The position numbers and the translations under genes are program-made. Below are positions 26,341 through 35,524 of a stretch of DNA of 60,964 nucleotides, one piece after another. This DNA is from Candidatus Caenarcanum bioreactoricola (GTDB lineage: Bacteria > Cyanobacteriota > Vampirovibrionia > Caenarcaniphilales > Caenarcanaceae). The stretch lies in assembly GCA_001899385.1 (NCBI GenBank), contig MOYB01000001.1, forward strand, positions 124,173-185,136, read 5' to 3'. The first letter of the stretch is position 1, and every line of letters starts with the position of its first letter. The notes beneath the pieces are model-generated. The model was given only the letters and a program-made list of their open reading frames with translations, had not been told where the DNA came from and did not search any database.

Positions 26341-28113
26341 ATGCCAAACAAAACTTTAAATTCATTTAAACCAGTTGCATTTATAAATATATCTCCTGAA
26401 AAAAAATATCCTTTTATTGAATTGAATTTTTCTAATGTATTAAAAAAATTTTTTAAATTAAATCTTGAACAAAAAGAAATTCTTTTGAATCATACCAAAA
26501 AAGTATTTGAAGATTATTTTGAATTCATTGATTATAAAGAAGAAAATTTTCCTTTTGAAATATTTCAAAACTTAATTTATGAAAAAGTTTTTGTTTCTGT
26601 ATATGTAAACAATAAAATGCTTATATCTCGTGTTGGAGATGAAACTCATAATATTTTAGTTGAAATAAAATCTGCTGTAGATAAAATTATTGAAAACAAA
26701 AAATTTGAATTGATAAACCCTGAAGGAAAACTTTTAAATTTTGATATAGAAATTTGTATCTTCCATAATAAACAAATTGTACCTTTAATAAATTTTAAAG
26801 AAGTACAAAAAAATATTAAACTTGGAATCCATGCCGTAGAGATAGAATGTAATAATAGAAGTGCCTACTATAAAGAATGTGTTGCTGTTAAACATAATTG
26901 GACACTTGAAAAATTATTGGAAAAACTTTCTTATAAAGCAGAGTTAAATCCTGATTGTTTTCTTGAACCAAATACTATGCTTTATAAATATGAAACACAA
27001 ACTTTTAGACTTTTTAATAATAAAGTAAAAGAAATATATAGGCATAATACATTAACTGAACAGTCTGCTGTTAATCCACAAGAAATAACTAGACGTCTTA
27101 GCTTAGCAGCTCAATGGTTTAAAAATAATATAAATCAAAATACAGAAAGACTTGAATATGAATATTTCCCAAATAAAGTAGCGTATAGTACTTCTATGAA
27201 TCATGTTCGAGCATTAGCCACTATTTGGTCTATGGCTCAACTACAAAACTTTTTGAATAATAATAGTTTAAGTAATTTAATAGAAACAACATTAAATTAT
27301 TATTTAAACTATGCTATTGAAGGAGAAAATAAAGAATATATTTATTTAGAAGTAGATGATAAAGGGGCTAAGCTTTGTTATAATGCTTTTATTATAATGA
27401 CTTTAATTGAATATGAAAAATATTCTAATACAGATGAGCTTTTAAATAAACTTGGACAAGCGCTTTTAAATGCACAAACTTCAAATGGTTCTTTTAATAC
27501 AGTTTATGGTTTAGATGATATAACAAAAGGTATAGATTATTATCCAGGGGAAATAATGCTTTCTTTAATTAAGTTATATGAAAGAACTAAAGATGAAAGA
27601 TATTTAGAAGCAGTAAAAAAAGCATTTCCATTTTATAGAGATTATTGGAGAAAGAATAAAAATACTGCTTTTGTTCCTTGGCATAGTCAAACATATCTTA
27701 TTTTATATAAATATTTTAAATCTCAGGAATTATCTGATTTTGTTTTTGAAATGACTGATTGGGTAATAAATAATTATCAAATTTTAAATTCAAAATATCC
27801 TGATGAATTAGGAGGAGCACCAAAAAGAGATCCCCGAAATTGTGCTGCTTCTTGGTTAGAAGGTATAAATGATGCATATTCTTTAGCCGTACAAGTAGAA
27901 GATATAAAACATATAAAAAAATATAAAGAATCTATTGAAAAAGGTGCACGATTTATAATGCAATTACAATTTACTGAAGACAATGCTTTTTATGAAATGC
28001 CTGAAAGACTTATTGGTGGATTTAGAGAAGCTATAAATAAAAATTGTATAAGAAATGATTTTGTACAACATTCTATAATGGCTTTAATGAAATTTTATAA
28101 AAACTCATTTTAA
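26341..28113 (+). CDS. Hypothetical protein, C-terminal half resembling an (alpha/alpha)6-barrel fold
   Basis: Repeated helix-pair pattern (DYYPGEIMLSLIKLYERTKDERYLEAVKKAF, FVPWHSQTYLILYKY, WLEGINDAYSLA). 590 aa. Function unknown. Confidence 0.35.
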   Translation: MPNKTLNSFKPVAFINISPEKKYPFIELNFSNVLKKFFKLNLEQKEILLNHTKKVFEDYFEFIDYKEENFPFEIFQNLIYEKVFVSVYVNNKMLISRVGDETHNILVEIKSAVDKIIENKKFELINPEGKLLNFDIEICIFHNKQIVPLINFKEVQKNIKLGIHAVEIECNNRSAYYKECVAVKHNWTLEKLLEKLSYKAELNPDCFLEPNTMLYKYETQTFRLFNNKVKEIYRHNTLTEQSAVNPQEITRRLSLAAQWFKNNINQNTERLEYEYFPNKVAYSTSMNHVRALATIWSMAQLQNFLNNNSLSNLIETTLNYYLNYAIEGENKEYIYLEVDDKGAKLCYNAFIIMTLIEYEKYSNTDELLNKLGQALLNAQTSNGSFNTVYGLDDITKGIDYYPGEIMLSLIKLYERTKDERYLEAVKKAFPFYRDYWRKNKNTAFVPWHSQTYLILYKYFKSQELSDFVFEMTDWVINNYQILNSKYPDELGGAPKRDPRNCAASWLEGINDAYSLAVQVEDIKHIKKYKESIEKGARFIMQLQFTEDNAFYEMPERLIGGFREAINKNCIRNDFVQHSIMALMKFYKNSF

Positions 28114-28148
28114 ATGTTAAAATAATTGATAAAATTTTTATTTTAATA

Positions 28149-29291
28149 ATGATAGAAGCTAAAGAAAAATTTATGGAAATTCCTTTTATAGACTTGAGAG
28201 TGGAAGAGGATTTCAATGAACGAATATTTGATCGTTGGAAAAAAGCTCTTTATCAAAAGGATTTTATTGGTGGACCTGCTTTAAAAGAATTAACTACAAA
28301 TATTCTCAATTATACTGGGGCAAAATACTTTATTCCTTGTGCAAATGGTACTGATGCGCTTCAAGTAGCTTTAAGAGCAGTAAATATAGGTAAAAATGAT
28401 AATGTTCTTATACCAGATTTTACTTTTTGGGCAACTTATGAAGCAGTTATAAATGTAGGTGCAAATCCTATTATAATTGATATTGATCCATATGATTTTC
28501 AGATGGACTTTGAACTTTGTTGCAAAGCAATAGAAAAATATAAACCAAAAGCAATTATACTTGTACATCTTTATGGATGGTGCTCTCAAAAGCTTGATGA
28601 ATTTAGAGCCATATGTAAACAAAAAAATATTTTTTTAATAGAAGATGGTGCCCAAATTATGGGAAGTAAATTTAAAGATGAAGATATTTTTAAATCTGCA
28701 AAACTTGCAACTGTTTCTTTTTATCCAGCTAAAGTACTTGGTTGTGCTGGTGATGGTGGTGGAATTTTTACAGATTCTGAAGAACTTTATAATATTTGTA
28801 TAAGTCTTTGTAATCATGGTAGAGCCACACATTATGGGCATAGTCTTTGCGGATGGAATTCACGCATGGATGAAGTTCAAGCACATTTTTTAATAGAAAG
28901 TCTTAAAGAATTTCCTATACGTCTTGAATCAAGGAAAATAACTGAAAAAAAATATTTAGAATTTTATGAAAAGAATAAAACAAATCTTAAAATATCTATA
29001 GAAAAACCCCCTTTAAATATAACTTCAAATGCTTATCTTCAAGTGAGTCTTGCAAAAGAGAACTATGATTATAAAAGTATTTCAACAAAACTCTTAGAAT
29101 TAGGTATAAAGACTGCTAATACTTATCCATGTCCTGTATCAAAACAGCAAGGTTTAGATAAATCTGTAGAAATAATTAGTGAAGATAATGTTGCAGAACA
29201 TATATCTAAGAAAATAGTTAATTTACCATTATTTCCATATATGACTGATGAAGAAATTAATTATATTTGTGAAAGTTTATTAAAGATATAA
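28149..29291 (+). CDS. DegT/DnrJ/EryC1/StrS family sugar aminotransferase (PLP-dependent)
   Basis: CANGTDALQVAL, LIEDGAQIMG, SFYPAKVLGCAGDGGGIFT (PLP lysine), CNHGR. Confidence 0.8.
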   Translation: MIEAKEKFMEIPFIDLRVEEDFNERIFDRWKKALYQKDFIGGPALKELTTNILNYTGAKYFIPCANGTDALQVALRAVNIGKNDNVLIPDFTFWATYEAVINVGANPIIIDIDPYDFQMDFELCCKAIEKYKPKAIILVHLYGWCSQKLDEFRAICKQKNIFLIEDGAQIMGSKFKDEDIFKSAKLATVSFYPAKVLGCAGDGGGIFTDSEELYNICISLCNHGRATHYGHSLCGWNSRMDEVQAHFLIESLKEFPIRLESRKITEKKYLEFYEKNKTNLKISIEKPPLNITSNAYLQVSLAKENYDYKSISTKLLELGIKTANTYPCPVSKQQGLDKSVEIISEDNVAEHISKKIVNLPLFPYMTDEEINYICESLLKI

Positions 29292-29394
29292 GCCTTTCGC
29301 CCAAACTGTTATACAGGTTTTTTTAGAATCAAATTGCAAATTACTATGAGTTAATATAAAATTAAATAAGCAAATATTTTAAAAATTGCATTAA

Positions 29395-30954
29395 ATGAGA
29401 GAAAATCAAGACTTTTTGTCAATATATCTTACTCCTTCACAAATTTATAAATTAATTTATAATTTTAATCAGGAAGAGAATAATATTAATTTTAAAGATG
29501 CAAGCTTATTAGAATTTAGAAGCTTTTCTACAATAAGTAAAGCTTTATCAAAAAGAGAACAATGTGAAATTCTTGATTTAATAAGAAAATGGATTAAAAA
29601 TTTTCATTCAATTCAAAATTGTAAAATAATAATTTCCGAAGAATTTAAAGAAATTGAAGGATGGAATTTTATTGCAGAATCACTTAAATCTCAATTTAAT
29701 CTCGAAATTAAAGAATTTACGATTGAAGAAGAATGTAGGCAAAGTTTTTTAGGCTTTAAATACGATCTTATTATAAACAAAGAAGATAATCCTCGATCAA
29801 TACTTCAATTAAATATAAAAAATAATGAAACAACTATAATAATTGGAGATTTACAAACTATACATAAAGTTTCTACTTTAAATTTTAGTACAAAAAATAT
29901 AATTAAATTTATAGAACATCTTAAAAAGACTCATGAAGCTTCTATTTTACATCTTTTTCTTAAGTCAAATATCTTAAATCTTATTGAAAATGATTATTTA
30001 ATTAACAATAAAACTTTATTGATTCTTGATGAAAATACTTCTTATTTATTAACTAAAATTTTTAATTTAACTATTAGTCCACAAAGAATAAATAGCGATA
30101 TAATCGTTGAATTAGCAGAAAAAATAGTTGATTCAAATTTCGAATATTTTCAAAGAGCACAATATATGGATAGTGAAAGTCTTATCCCAGCTTCTGCTCA
30201 AATCATTTTATTATCAACTTTTATAGAGAATTTTAATATAAGAGAATGTTTTATTTCTTTTGAAAATCGGCTTAAAGGTTTTGTTATAAATGAAAATATA
30301 GAAAAATTACAAGGAGAATATTTTGGGCATATTTATGATTGGCAAAGGAGTGCAAAAGAAGTACTTTTCAGGAATAATCCTTCTTTGTTTTTACATTCAC
30401 TTAAATCCGCAGAATTAAGTTCTAAAATCTTTGATTCACTTAAAGATCAACTTCATTTTTGGGGAGAAAAGGAAAAAAAATTATTATGGATTGCATGTTT
30501 TTTTCAATCATATTGTTTTAAACTTAATTTGGAAGCACGAATTGAAATTCTAAAAAAAATACATTCTTTAAGTTCTTCAGATTGTCAATTAATTGCAAAT
30601 ATAATTTCACTTGCTGAAGATTGTGATTTAATAAGTCAATCTAAATATCTTTCTAGAATTTCAGCAGATTCAAGGAATTTTGCAAAACAAATTTCTTCTT
30701 TAATACAAATAGCAAATGCTCTTGATATAAGTAAAAGATCTGCTGTAAAAGATTTGAATTTTTCAATTAATCAACATGAAAAAATTATTTTAAAATTATT
30801 TTCTAGAGAAAAAATTTCACCAGAACTTATACAACTTAATTTTGTTAAAAAGAATTTTGAAAATGCTTTTGAATATAAACTTGAAATTGAAATTGAAAAT
30901 CTTAATGAAGATTTTCAATTTATGTCCCAAAATACCTTAAAAGAGATTTTTTAA
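29395..30954 (+). CDS. Hypothetical protein, remotely Ppx/GppA-like with degenerate nucleotide-binding motifs
   Basis: The C-terminal region (LIQIANALDISKRSAVKDLNFSI...LEIEI) resembles the Ppx C-terminus. The expected DxGSNS and GGGS motifs are not conserved. Confidence 0.3.
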   Translation: MRENQDFLSIYLTPSQIYKLIYNFNQEENNINFKDASLLEFRSFSTISKALSKREQCEILDLIRKWIKNFHSIQNCKIIISEEFKEIEGWNFIAESLKSQFNLEIKEFTIEEECRQSFLGFKYDLIINKEDNPRSILQLNIKNNETTIIIGDLQTIHKVSTLNFSTKNIIKFIEHLKKTHEASILHLFLKSNILNLIENDYLINNKTLLILDENTSYLLTKIFNLTISPQRINSDIIVELAEKIVDSNFEYFQRAQYMDSESLIPASAQIILLSTFIENFNIRECFISFENRLKGFVINENIEKLQGEYFGHIYDWQRSAKEVLFRNNPSLFLHSLKSAELSSKIFDSLKDQLHFWGEKEKKLLWIACFFQSYCFKLNLEARIEILKKIHSLSSSDCQLIANIISLAEDCDLISQSKYLSRISADSRNFAKQISSLIQIANALDISKRSAVKDLNFSINQHEKIILKLFSREKISPELIQLNFVKKNFENAFEYKLEIEIENLNEDFQFMSQNTLKEIF

Positions 30955-30955
30955 A

Positions 30956-31633
30956 ATGTGTTTAGCAATTATTCCAGCTAGAGCCGGCTCTAAAGGCATA
31001 AAAGATAAAAATATAAAAAAAATTAATGGGCAAGAATTGATTGCTTATAGTATTATTTCCGCACAAAAAAGTAAAGCTATTTCAAGAATAATAGTTTCTA
31101 CTGATGGTGAAAACATAGCAGAAGTTGCTCTTAAATATGGAGCAGAGGTAGTTTTTAGACCAGAAGAGTTGGCTCAGGATAAATCTTCTTCTGAAGATGC
31201 AATTATTTATACTTTAAATAAACTTTCAGAAAAAGAAAAACTTCCTGAAAACACTTTTATGATTCAATGTACATCGCCATTAACTAATGCAGAAGATTTT
31301 GATTTAGCAGTAGAAGTTATGAAGAAAGAAAAGGCTGATTGTGTTATACCAATGACTGATTTTCATTATTTTTTATGGACTTATGATCAAGACGGTAATG
31401 CTGAAGGTATAAATCATAATATTTATCCAAGATTATTAAGACAAGAAAGAAAGAATCAATTTTTAGAAACAGGGGCGTTTTATTTATTTAATACACAAGG
31501 GTTCTTAAAAAATAAATTTAGATTTTTTGGTAAAATAGAATATTATTTTATGCCTAAAGAAAGAGTTTTTGAGATCGATGAAGTTGAAGATTTACTTATT
31601 TGTGAAAATATTATAAAACAAAGAAATGATTGA
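30956..31633 (+). CDS. neuA: Acylneuraminate (nonulosonate) cytidylyltransferase
   Basis: LAIIPARAGSKGIKDKNI N-terminal motif, QCTSPL, ETGAFY. 225 aa. Confidence 0.8.
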   Translation: MCLAIIPARAGSKGIKDKNIKKINGQELIAYSIISAQKSKAISRIIVSTDGENIAEVALKYGAEVVFRPEELAQDKSSSEDAIIYTLNKLSEKEKLPENTFMIQCTSPLTNAEDFDLAVEVMKKEKADCVIPMTDFHYFLWTYDQDGNAEGINHNIYPRLLRQERKNQFLETGAFYLFNTQGFLKNKFRFFGKIEYYFMPKERVFEIDEVEDLLICENIIKQRND

Positions 31634-33095
31634 GACAGAAAATTTTTTAGATAATTTATTAGAAATAGAAAATAATCAAGAAATTTTTAATTTCAGATTT
31701 AGTTATAATAATTTCCCTATATGGTTTTTAGTTCGTTGGGATATTTTATTTAAAAGCATAAGTCAAAAGAAAAATCTCGAAAAGCCTCATTATACAAACA
31801 AATTGCCTGTTTTAAATACGCATTTTTCAATTATTACAGATTCTTTAAGAAAAAATCCTTTTATTTATAAACAAAATATTGATTTAATCATATTTAATTT
31901 AAGCAATTCTTTTAGAGAAATAAAAAAAGATAATTTACTTTTTAATAAAGAATATGATTATTTTCTAGAAGATATAGACTCTTCAATTTTGATAGAAAAT
32001 TTTCATAAAAAATTATTTGAAGAAAATTCTTTAAAACGTTTATATGAAAACAAACTTTTTTACAATAATATAATTTTTTTGGAGAAATTTTTAAATTTTA
32101 ATTTTGATTTTAATTTAGTTAATTTTTTCAAAGATTATAAAATTATAAAAGCATTTATTAAATTTCTTAAAAGTAAAAAAGAATTTGATTTTTCAGAAGA
32201 TTTTTATAATAAAATTTTTCATAGTCTTATTAAATATAGAAATAAAATAGAATTTACTTCTTCAGTTTATAAAAAACTTTTAATATCATTAAAGCCTAAA
32301 TGTATTATGGTAAGAGCTGCTTGTTATGGAGGACAAAATACTTTTCTTATAAAAACTGCAAAAGATTTAAATATAAAAGTAATTGAATTTCAACACGGTG
32401 CATTTTCAAAGATACATCCTGCTTATAATTATGGACAAGTTTTTTTTAATAATAAAGAATATCAACAATACTTACCTGATTATCTTTTAACTTATGGAGA
32501 ATATTGGAATCAACAAATAAAACTACCTTTTAAGAAAATTTCAATAGGAAATCCTTATTTAGAAGAATATTTAAAAGAAACTATAAAAATTAAAGAATTA
32601 AAATCAAATAAAATACTTATAATTTCTCAAGGGAGTCATAGCAGTGACTTTGTAAATTTAACTTTAGAGTTATCTGAAAAATTAAAAGATAAGAATTTTG
32701 AAATTTTATTTAGACCACATCCTGGAGAAATAAATTTTAAAGATCGTTATAAAATTTTATTAAATAATTCAAATATTTCAATTTGTAAAGAAGAGCAAAA
32801 TATTTTAGATTTAATTAATTCAGCTGATTATCTTATTACAATGTATTCAACAAGTGTATTTGAAGCATTGCCTTTTAATAAAAAAATTATACTTATTGAT
32901 AATGAATATTCTAAATTTTATATACCAGAGGAAATAGGACTTAGATTTAAAAATTCACAAGAGATTTTTGAGTTTTTAATTAAAGACAATAAGAATATTT
33001 ATAATGAAATTAATGATTTTAAAGATTATTTAAAAATTAATTGGAAAGAAAATTATAAGAAATTTTTAACAGAAGAAATTGGAATTTCATTTTAA
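31626..33095 (+). CDS. Putative GT-B glycosyltransferase with an HP motif (capsule/sialyl-type)
   Basis: ILIISQGSHSS...FEILFRPHPGE...MYSTSVFEAL resembles the HP and S motifs of capsule or nonulosonate transferases. 8-nt overlap with neuA. Confidence 0.35.
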   Translation: MIETENFLDNLLEIENNQEIFNFRFSYNNFPIWFLVRWDILFKSISQKKNLEKPHYTNKLPVLNTHFSIITDSLRKNPFIYKQNIDLIIFNLSNSFREIKKDNLLFNKEYDYFLEDIDSSILIENFHKKLFEENSLKRLYENKLFYNNIIFLEKFLNFNFDFNLVNFFKDYKIIKAFIKFLKSKKEFDFSEDFYNKIFHSLIKYRNKIEFTSSVYKKLLISLKPKCIMVRAACYGGQNTFLIKTAKDLNIKVIEFQHGAFSKIHPAYNYGQVFFNNKEYQQYLPDYLLTYGEYWNQQIKLPFKKISIGNPYLEEYLKETIKIKELKSNKILIISQGSHSSDFVNLTLELSEKLKDKNFEILFRPHPGEINFKDRYKILLNNSNISICKEEQNILDLINSADYLITMYSTSVFEALPFNKKIILIDNEYSKFYIPEEIGLRFKNSQEIFEFLIKDNKNIYNEINDFKDYLKINWKENYKKFLTEEIGISF

Positions 33096-33096
33096 T

Positions 33097-34080
33097 ATGC
33101 AAATAAATCAAGAAATCTTAATATTAAAAAATAAACTTTCTAAAATTTCTTTAGAATATACTGGTCTTGTTTCAGAAATAATTAATTTTATTTTTGAAGA
33201 TAAAGGAAAACTCCTTAGACCAATTTTATTTTTTTATATAAGTAAAGCTTTGCAAAAACAAGACAAAGATTTAGATAAAAAATTTTATGATTTTGCACAG
33301 GCAATTGAAATGACTCATATAGCAACCCTTTGTCATGATGATATTTTAGATTCTGCTGATATACGTAGAGGAAAATCTTCTTGTTATAAAAAATGGGGAA
33401 GTAAAATAGCAATTTTAACTGGTGATTTTCTTTTAGCTAAAGCTTTGAATCTTTTAAATAAGATTGAAAATCCTAAAATATTAAAATCTTATTCTTTATT
33501 AATTCATGATTTATGTTTAGGTGAATTTCAACAAGAACAAGATATTTTTAATCTTGAAAATGTAAGTCAAGAAGCTTATATACAAAAATCTAAACTTAAA
33601 ACCGCAAATATGTTTAGCTTTTCTGCTGAAAGTGCTTGTTTATTATCAGGAGTTTCAACTAAAGTACAAACTCAAATGAAAGCTTTTGGAGAAAATATAG
33701 GTATTGCCTTTCAAATAAAAGATGATCTAAAAGATTTTAATATTGCAGAGTCTTCAAATAAGCCTATATTCAATGATTTAAAATGTGGAATATTTACATT
33801 ACCTATTATAATTGCATTACAAAAAGAATATAAAAATAAGTTAAAAGAAATTTTAATTAAAAAAGCTTATACTAAAAATGATTTAGAAAATATATTAGAA
33901 ATATTAAACAAATCAAAAGCTTTTGAAGAAAGTGAAGAGATAATGAAAGATTATTTAAATAAAGCAGAAAAAAATTTAGAAATACTTGAAAATAATATTT
34001 ATAAACAAGAAATTTTAGGATTTTTTAATAAATCTTTTACTCCCCCTTTAGGGGGCTGGGGGGCTATTTTAAATGAATAA
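33097..34080 (+). CDS. ispB: Polyprenyl diphosphate synthase (IspB-type)
   Basis: First Asp-rich motif LCHDDILDSADIRRG and second FQIKDDLKDF. The C-terminal TPPLGGWGAILNE is encoded by the GC-rich element. Confidence 0.8.
   Translation: MQINQEILILKNKLSKISLEYTGLVSEIINFIFEDKGKLLRPILFFYISKALQKQDKDLDKKFYDFAQAIEMTHIATLCHDDILDSADIRRGKSSCYKKWGSKIAILTGDFLLAKALNLLNKIENPKILKSYSLLIHDLCLGEFQQEQDIFNLENVSQEAYIQKSKLKTANMFSFSAESACLLSGVSTKVQTQMKAFGENIGIAFQIKDDLKDFNIAESSNKPIFNDLKCGIFTLPIIIALQKEYKNKLKEILIKKAYTKNDLENILEILNKSKAFEESEEIMKDYLNKAEKNLEILENNIYKQEILGFFNKSFTPPLGGWGAILNE
34038..34067. repeat. GC-rich palindromic mini-element in the last codons of the polyprenyl synthase gene
   Basis: TACTCCCCCTTTAGGGGGCTGGGGGGCTAT. 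One mismatch to 9866..9895 over the first 28 nt, with divergence at the 3' end. Ends 5 nt before the mnmE ATG (34073). Confidence 0.85.
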
Positions 34081-35416
34081 ATCTACTATTATTGCTCAAT
34101 CAACTGTATCTGGTGTTTCTGCAATCGCTGTTGTAAGAATGTCTGGACACAGAGCCTTTGAAATTGCTTTAAAACTTAGTAAAAAAGAATTCTTTAAAAA
34201 TCAAATTGAACTTAGCTGGTTATATGATTCTTTGAATAACAAAATAGATCAGGCTTTAATATTAAATTTCAAAGCACCAGCAAGTTTTACAGGTGAAGAT
34301 GTTATAGAATTTCATGTTCATGGGAATCAATTAATTGTTGAAAATCTTATTGTAGAATGTATAAAATTAGGTGCAGTACAAGCTCAAGCTGGTGAATTTA
34401 CACAAAGAGCTTTTTTAAATAAAAAATTAGATCTTATTAAATCAGAAGCAATAAGAGATCTTATTTACTCTAAAAATCATAAATTATTAAAAGCATCTTT
34501 AAATCAATTAAATGGTAAGTTTAATGAAAAAATTAAGTTTTTAGAAAAAGAATTATTAAATATATTGATTTCAATACAAGCTTATTTAGATTTCCCTTCT
34601 GATGTAGAAGACATAAACATAAAAAAAATAAATTTTGATAAATGTTTAATAATTATAAATAGACTTATAGAATCTGCAAGAAGTTCTAATTTATTTAGGA
34701 AAGGCTTAAAAACAGCTATTATTGGTAGACCTAATGTCGGAAAATCAAGCTTATTAAATTGCTTATTAAATGAAGAAAGATCTATTGTTAGTTCAACTTC
34801 AGGCACAACAAGGGATTTTATAAGAGAAGAATTATTAATAGGGGATGTCCCTATTCTTCTTATAGACACTGCCGGTATAAATAAAGAAACAAATTGTGAA
34901 ATAGAACAAAAAGGTATAAAAAAAGCATTTGAATTAATAGAAAGTATAGATTTAATTTTATTTGTATTTGATTTATCAAAAGGCTTTACAGAAGAAGATC
35001 AAAGGCTTTTTGAAGAAATTAAGGAATTTAATAAAGATGCAAAAATAATAATATTAGGAAATAAAGCTGATCTGGAAGCCCCCCAACCCCCTAAAGGGGG
35101 AGTAAAATTCATAAAAATTTCAGCTAAAGAAAATACAGGCTTAGAAATTTTAATAAAAGAATTACATGAATTAGTAAGTTTTGATAAATTTAGTGGGGAT
35201 TTTGAATTATCTATAACACAAAGACAATGTTTAAGTCTTATTCAATGTAAAGAAATTCTTGAAAATTCTAAAAGTTTAATAACTGGACAATTAGAACTTC
35301 TTTCAGTTAATTTAGAATCAGTATTAAAAATATTAAAAGAAATATCTAGTGGTGAAAATCTCGATTCAGAAGAAATTCTTTCTGCTTTATTTGGTAGTTT
35401 TTGTATTGGAAAATAA
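34073..35416 (+). CDS. mnmE: tRNA modification GTPase MnmE
   Basis: GRPNVGKSSLLN G1, DTAG G3, GNKADL G4, C-terminal CIGK. 447 aa. Confidence 0.9.
   Translation: MNKSTIIAQSTVSGVSAIAVVRMSGHRAFEIALKLSKKEFFKNQIELSWLYDSLNNKIDQALILNFKAPASFTGEDVIEFHVHGNQLIVENLIVECIKLGAVQAQAGEFTQRAFLNKKLDLIKSEAIRDLIYSKNHKLLKASLNQLNGKFNEKIKFLEKELLNILISIQAYLDFPSDVEDINIKKINFDKCLIIINRLIESARSSNLFRKGLKTAIIGRPNVGKSSLLNCLLNEERSIVSSTSGTTRDFIREELLIGDVPILLIDTAGINKETNCEIEQKGIKKAFELIESIDLILFVFDLSKGFTEEDQRLFEEIKEFNKDAKIIILGNKADLEAPQPPKGGVKFIKISAKENTGLEILIKELHELVSFDKFSGDFELSITQRQCLSLIQCKEILENSKSLITGQLELLSVNLESVLKILKEISSGENLDSEEILSALFGSFCIGK
35075..35104. repeat. GC-rich palindromic mini-element, in-frame inside mnmE
   Basis: GAAGCCCCCCAACCCCCTAAAGGGGGAGTA, a 30/30 reverse-complement match to 9866..9895. 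Read as EAPQPPKGGV immediately after the NKxD (G4) motif. Confidence 0.85.
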
Positions 35417-35524
35417 AATTTTATATAAAAAATTTATGATTCTTATATTATTAATTTATAATTCTTATAAAATTTATGTGAAAAATTTATCTAAATAAGA
35501 TTAAAATTAAAAAAGTTTTTTTAT

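Noticed and set aside
29292-29394. Terminator after the DegT-family gene (CTGTTATACAGG followed by TTTTTTT).
   Set aside because: The stem is only about 4-6 bp with a bulge, which is too weak to call.
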